64,000 nucleotides of DNA, taken from NCBI GenBank assembly GCA_002269645.1, contig NIVC01000779.1:1-64000 (forward strand). The letters run 5' to 3'. Each line of letters begins with the position of its first letter. The stretch's first letter is position 1. Under the pieces are notes generated by a model, which saw nothing but the letters and a program-made list of their open reading frames with translations, had not been told where the DNA came from and did not search any database. The translations under genes were made by a program, and so were the position numbers. Origin of the DNA: Macrostomum lignano (taxonomy: Eukaryota). Shown here piece after piece: positions 61,856-64,000 of the stretch.

Positions 61856-62483
<628 letters not shown>

Positions 62484-63254
62484 GCAAGCACAAGAGTCGA
62501 ACACATTCAAATGCTACCACAAAAGTAGAACTCAATCCCAATTTCCAGTGTTGGGCACAGTTAATGACAATTTTAATTTTCTTTTATGGTAAAAGCATTA
62601 GCGCAGATGTGAATTTGTGCACTTGATCATCCAAGTCAAGAGAGAGAGGGGGAGAGAGGGAAGAGTGTTCAGTTCAAGAGACGTGTGACTCCATAGTCTG
62701 ATCCTTGTGCCCGCTGCTGCTCTTCCTGCTCTGAATGCTGCATCTCAGCTTCTCCCAGAGCTGAAGCGGCTCCCCAAATCCATGGCGCAGCAGGGGGGGG
62801 GGGGCTGCGGTTTTCTAAACTGATCCTGAGGAAGTCGCTTCGCTTCTTTGAGGAAAATGCGTCTGAGAGAGGGGGGCACTGATTGACAGGGTTGGGTGGG
62901 GATAGTAGCTGCGGAGGCTGTCAATGCGGCCTCAAGGCCTGCTTCATCATACAAAGGTCTGGGACAGAAATGCGGATTATTCTAAAACTCAGTCATAGGA
63001 GGTGGCCTGCAACCCCCAGCCTTGCCCTTACCCGCCTCAAAATCTCGCAGAGGGAATAAAGAATTATTTTCAAATCTTTCAGCACATGAGGTGGAGACAA
63101 AAATACTTTGCCCGGCGATTATGGGAATTTTTAGCATATTTACTAATCTTTAGTAAACAGGCGAAGGTGTACAGTCCTAGAAAATTCGGGTTGGCTTTAT
63201 TTTTAAATAAAGAATTATGATTGAGATTAAGGTTTTGAGCTGATATTCTTTAAG

Positions 63255-63430
63255 TGTGAAACTCTCAAGGGTGAGATCTCAAACTGCTGAGAGTCTTAAG
63301 GGTGAGGACTCAAACGGCTGAGAGTCTCAAAGGTGAGATCTCAAGGGTAAGACTAGAGATCTCAAACTGCTGAGACTCTCAAGGGTGAGATCTCAAGGGA
63401 GGGGACTCAAACGACTGAGACTCTCAAGGA
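63255..63430. repeat. Degenerate ~30-bp tandem repeat (GTGAGATCTCAAACTGCTGAGAGTCTCAAGG)
   Basis: About 5 diverged copies. Confidence 0.75.
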
Positions 63431-63914
63431 TGAGGTATTAACGGAGAAGACTCAACAAATCTCCCTAGAGAGGAGAGGCCGCACCCGAAGCGAAGTGTGT
63501 CGCAGTGTTAGAAAAAAGGGTATTTAATAAACTCAACAAACATGGCTGTTGAATGAAACCATACATATTACAGCAGCCATATATATATATATAGTCACGC
63601 TCGCAAAAGCAACAATAGGAGCACTTATAATCCGTGCCAAATTAGAATTTGCGCCCGATTCTGGTTGGTTTCCATGATACACCTTCGTGAGAAGAAACCA
63701 TTGTTTTGGGCATACGCGCAGATTATTGCTTAAGCAGCTGCGGTCCACATTTTGATTTGGATTTTATTAATAATCTCTGTTCTCTGAGAGATTTCTTTTT
63801 AGAAAAAAATGGTTTTCGAGCGTATGAGCTGGAGTAATGCATTATTGTGCAACAGTTTGGCATGCAATTTGAAGTGCCGATTACAAAAGGGGCACCAATT
63901 GTATAGAAGAGGGG

Positions 63915-64000
63915 TGCAAACTTCAGGGGAAAAGGGCGACAACTTCAGGGAAAAAGGGCACCAACTTCAGGGGAAAACGGGCGCCAACTTCAGGGGAAAA
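63915..64000. repeat. ~22-bp tandem repeat (CAACTTCAGGGGAAAAGGGCGC) running off the window end
   Basis: Four copies visible. Confidence 0.85.

Overview
Eukaryotic, intron-rich and repeat-rich animal DNA. GC-rich exons in AT-rich flanks, poly-Ala/Gln tails, minisatellite-filled introns and TTAGGG-type repeats suggest a flatworm such as Macrostomum (inference only). Four spliced host genes are supported: an SLC35C2-like nucleotide-sugar transporter (+, 19.8-24.3/25.6 kb), a p31comet/MAD2L1BP-like HORMA protein with a long insertion (-, 30.3-27.8 kb), a GT92 glycosyltransferase (+, 40.3-45.6 kb) and the 3' part of a rotund/LIN-29/ZNF384-like C2H2 zinc-finger gene (-, 52.1-50.4 kb). Mobile DNA includes a frameshifted Sola-like transposase with a PHD remnant (1-1.7 kb), a three-level nest (hAT pseudogene > 4.26-kb THAP/P element with TIRs and 8-bp TSD > 612-bp MITE), a tRNA-derived SINE, several MITE/foldback elements and about 20 different tandem arrays. 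The most unusual signal is the palindrome TAGGCCTA: at least 15 clustered copies, and two paralog alignments inside the window show it arising by a 6-nt GGCCTA insertion at a TA(C) site, which points to a recurrent micro-insertion process.
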